A DNA stretch of 61,695 nt from IMG/VR virus record IMGVR_UViG_3300016722_000158, positions 1-61,695 of that record; one strand, written 5' to 3'. Positions 59,187 to 61,695 of this stretch are shown piece by piece. The stretch's first letter is position 1. The number at the start of each line of letters is the position of its first letter. The DNA comes from a virus. Lineage: Duplodnaviria > Caudoviricetes. The notes under the pieces are model-generated. The model made no database searches and was not told the DNA's origin. It saw only the letters and a list, made by a program, of their open reading frames with translations. The translations under genes were made by a program, and so were the position numbers.

Positions 59187-60370
59187 TATTTTCTTGATTT
59201 AAAGGAATTGATAGGAGTGAAGTGTACCTCTTTTGGCTGTGCGCTCTTTGTTCCTGTGGGAGCTTGACTATAGGTTCTTGCTGCTCTGCTCACACCCGGT
59301 ATATTGGTGAACTGATTAGTGAGCTCAGGATAATTTTGGAGTAGTTGTTGAACGACTGCTTCTCTGGTGTGAGCGGGATCGGCTCCAATACTGACTTGGG
59401 TCTTTTCGATATCTTCCACCTTTTGGGGATTTTTAGCTTTCATCTTTTCATAGAGTCCTGCCACCATACCCCTCGCATAATCCGGATAAATCCAATGTCC
59501 CGTCTTACCTCCTTCATTCACATTAATGCTATACCACTTTTTAGGCTTTGGCGTGCCATCCGGATAGATGGAAGAACCATTGTTACCTTTTGATGCTGCA
59601 TTTATCATAGCAGCTTTTAAACGTGCTCCTATCTCTGCAACTCTATCGGCGTGGGCTTGTGTATCTCTTTTGGCCGTTTGAGTAAGTTGTTGCTTTTTAA
59701 AGTTAGCATCATTCTTATTTTTTTCTTCTTGATTTCGATAACCTATTGCTTTCGAGTCAAGTTCTGCATTTGTTCTGTCTGCGGCAGCATTTCTACCCTT
59801 TACGGACTTTACTTCATCTCTATATGCAGCAGCTGCATTAGCTTTGTCTACGATGTCTTGTTGTGCATCTCTCATTCGTGCATTGACCTCTTTCTCTTGA
59901 TCCGCACGTTTATCTTCTGCTTGCAGTTGCCTTATCTTTTGGATTTGCTCTTCAGCGTTAGGAGCAGAATATTGAAGAGGTTGCAATTTTCTTGTTCCAA
60001 TACCGAGTGCCAACCCTTGCGATAATACTTTGCCCAAATCTGAAAGCATGGCAGCGTTGCGTTGTCTCTTTGCTAGGGCAAGTTCTTCCTCACGTGAAGG
60101 AGTACGATACTGCTTAACAATATCTAAGATACCATGATTGGGAGACAATCCCTTTGTATAGTCGTTATAATCGGGGAGAGGCTCTTTCTCTATATGAGGG
60201 GCAGATTGATTTTCGTTTCTCTTTTGCTGTATACTGTTTGTTATACTGGGAACTGTAGTTGAGGGTTGTACTGAAGAATCCGCTCCACTTTGCGGCTGTA
60301 TATTCGGCTGTGTTATTGGTCTGGTTTGTTCTTCACCATTGACAGCATCTTTTTTATTATCGTCTAACAT
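59186..60370 (-). CDS. Putative DNA ejection (internal virion) protein
   Basis: Gln/Ala-rich coiled coil; coupled to the giant gene. Confidence 0.55.
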   Translation of the reverse strand: MLDDNKKDAVNGEEQTRPITQPNIQPQSGADSSVQPSTTVPSITNSIQQKRNENQSAPHIEKEPLPDYNDYTKGLSPNHGILDIVKQYRTPSREEELALAKRQRNAAMLSDLGKVLSQGLALGIGTRKLQPLQYSAPNAEEQIQKIRQLQAEDKRADQEKEVNARMRDAQQDIVDKANAAAAYRDEVKSVKGRNAAADRTNAELDSKAIGYRNQEEKNKNDANFKKQQLTQTAKRDTQAHADRVAEIGARLKAAMINAASKGNNGSSIYPDGTPKPKKWYSINVNEGGKTGHWIYPDYARGMVAGLYEKMKAKNPQKVEDIEKTQVSIGADPAHTREAVVQQLLQNYPELTNQFTNIPGVSRAARTYSQAPTGTKSAQPKEVHFTPINSFKSRK

Positions 60371-60373
60371 GGC

Positions 60374-61084
60374 TTATTGAATTGGAATACGTTTCTTATT
60401 GATATAGTCAGGGTTGAGAGATTGTTCCGGAGCATTTATTTTGCTCGCATCGATATTACCGAAGTCAGGTTTGACTTCTAGTTTATCGGTTGGCATTGTA
60501 GGCTCTATTGTAGGCTTTACAGCGTCATTTCCTGTGAGCTCTTTAGCTCCGGTGGCGTTGTTTTTACCTTTGTCTATAGAATTGCCCAATGAAGAAAGTC
60601 CAGAGCCTACAAGTCCAATACCATTAGAAACCAGTTGTGCGCCTGCCGATTCATTCAATTGTTGCTGTCCCATTCTTTGTTGGGTAATGTTGCCTTGATT
60701 CTGTTGGTTGATGGCGTCGATACTATCTTTACGTGCATCGCTTCTTGCTGCCAAGTTTGAAACGGTGTTGTCAAGAATCTCAGCGTTCCCTTGCTCATGT
60801 GCTTGAACAGATTCGGGTGTTGCTCCGGTAATTGCTGCTTGTGCATCTGTTTGCTGGTTACGTCTTCGAAGAGTACTTTCAACTCTTTTGAGTGCGGCTT
60901 TTCCCTCGCTACTATCAATATAATTCTGGTAATAGTTCCGTTCGTACCATGCATTATTTTTTGCCTCTTGATTATCTATAAGTTTGCGTTGCTCTCTGGC
61001 CGCGGCTGCTGATTTGGAAGCTCCAAATATACTTGAAGCTAATCCCGCTGCGAGTGACGCTCCTGCCAATATTGCTCCTATCAT
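60374..61084 (-). CDS. Putative DNA pilot/ejection protein
   Basis: Gly/Ala-rich N-terminus MIGAILAGASLAAGLASSIFG followed by Gln-rich helices. Confidence 0.65.
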   Translation of the reverse strand: MIGAILAGASLAAGLASSIFGASKSAAAAREQRKLIDNQEAKNNAWYERNYYQNYIDSSEGKAALKRVESTLRRRNQQTDAQAAITGATPESVQAHEQGNAEILDNTVSNLAARSDARKDSIDAINQQNQGNITQQRMGQQQLNESAGAQLVSNGIGLVGSGLSSLGNSIDKGKNNATGAKELTGNDAVKPTIEPTMPTDKLEVKPDFGNIDASKINAPEQSLNPDYINKKRIPIQ

Positions 61085-61107
61085 AATTTTGATTATTGAT
61101 TAATAAG

Positions 61108-61153
61108 CAAAGTAAACCATTGTAGCTCAAACCTCTGTTGCTAGTTTCACAAT
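61108..61153 (-). promoter_or_regulatory. Putative late promoter, copy 6
   Basis: ATTGTGAAACTAGCAACA with TTACTTTG ending 28 nt later. Confidence 0.7.
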
Positions 61154-61224
61154 TTCATGTATTTAAAGTATTAGTTTAATGATTATATTTTATAACTTTG
61201 TGAATCAATAAAATATAAATTGAA

Positions 61225-61695
61225 ATGGCTGGAAGAAGTAAATATACTGAAGCACAGAAATTAGAAGCAGTGCGAATGTTGCGTGATCATAACTATAACT
61301 ATAGATACGTGACTAAAGTGATGGGGGTTGCATACCAAACATTGATTGGATGGAAGGAGAAATATAATAGTGAATTTGATAGTACGCCGGTAAGACGTGC
61401 GGCATTGGAATCTGAGTTGGATATAGGCGAAATTAAGTTGAAGTTCTTTAGGGAGAATTATGGTAAACTTAATGATTTATTAGGTGTGGCCATAGATAAG
61501 GCAAAAGATATTATTTCAAAAGGGGCTTTGCTTGAAGATGTAAATAATACGATTAAGATCATTACGGACTGTGCTAATAAAATGAACGCAGCTGCCGGAT
61601 CTGCTACGGAAGTCAAACGCCCCCAAGTTAATTTTATCCAGGCATCCATCCAGGCACTTAATCAATACAACAAAGAAAGGGAAGAAGATAAATGA
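61225..61695 (+). CDS. HTH protein, possible terminase small subunit or regulator
   Basis: KYTEAQKLEAV...MGVAYQTLIGWK HTH followed by helices; TAACTTTG at 61193-61200. Confidence 0.55.
   Translation: MAGRSKYTEAQKLEAVRMLRDHNYNYRYVTKVMGVAYQTLIGWKEKYNSEFDSTPVRRAALESELDIGEIKLKFFRENYGKLNDLLGVAIDKAKDIISKGALLEDVNNTIKIITDCANKMNAAAGSATEVKRPQVNFIQASIQALNQYNKEREEDK

Larger units (their letters stand above)
1..61695. mobile_element. Temperate Bacteroidota phage/prophage, podovirus-like; ends and att sites not visible
   Basis: Integrase, CI/Cro/Xis, recombination, lysis, capsid, portal, terminase and ejection genes. No tape-measure or sheath gene recognised. Bacteroidota-type TAnnTTTG promoters throughout. 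Confidence 0.95.

Noticed and set aside
48946-59267. Many + strand ORFs of 60-200 aa opposite the giant gene
   Set aside because: Ser/Phe/Leu-rich antisense shadows without initiation signals
1-61695. Stop-codon reassignment suggested by the CTA-loop element
   Set aside because: Genes are long and intact under the standard code, and TAG terminates at least one clear gene

Overview
The whole window looks like a near-complete temperate phage (prophage) of a Bacteroidota host, with podovirus-like virion genes; no att sites are visible. Host inference rests on TAnnTTTG promoters, AT-rich leaders and gene families. Left to right: (1) tyrosine integrase; AbiH/membrane protein/CI lysogeny block; a Cro/Xis early operon followed by ~900 bp of non-coding DNA with two aberrant tRNA-like folds and many hairpins; (2) RecT, PD-(D/E)XK nuclease, SNF2 helicase, VRR-NUC and DUF4373 genes; (3) a tail stabilisation protein and three paralogous ring proteins; (4) a ~14 kb AT-rich defence/moron island: metallophosphoesterase-STAND NTPase, a two-gene cassette, an exonuclease-BRCT pseudogene, a multi-TM protein, TPR-DUF2971, and an overlapping 4-gene operon (C5 methyltransferase, GHKL-histidine kinase, receiver protein, caspase-like protease); (5) lysis genes, tail fibres, major capsid, scaffold, rhomboid protease, terminase, portal, a 3559-aa polyvalent protein and ejection proteins. 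Best candidates for new biology: a capsid protein with an N-terminal membrane segment alongside a phage rhomboid protease; two +1-frame genes nested in the giant polyvalent gene next to its kinase domain; the methyltransferase/kinase/receiver/protease operon; a six-copy fixed-spacing late-promoter motif; and a duplicated terminator-promoter spacer between unrelated defence genes. All family calls come from motif recognition by eye, not database searches.
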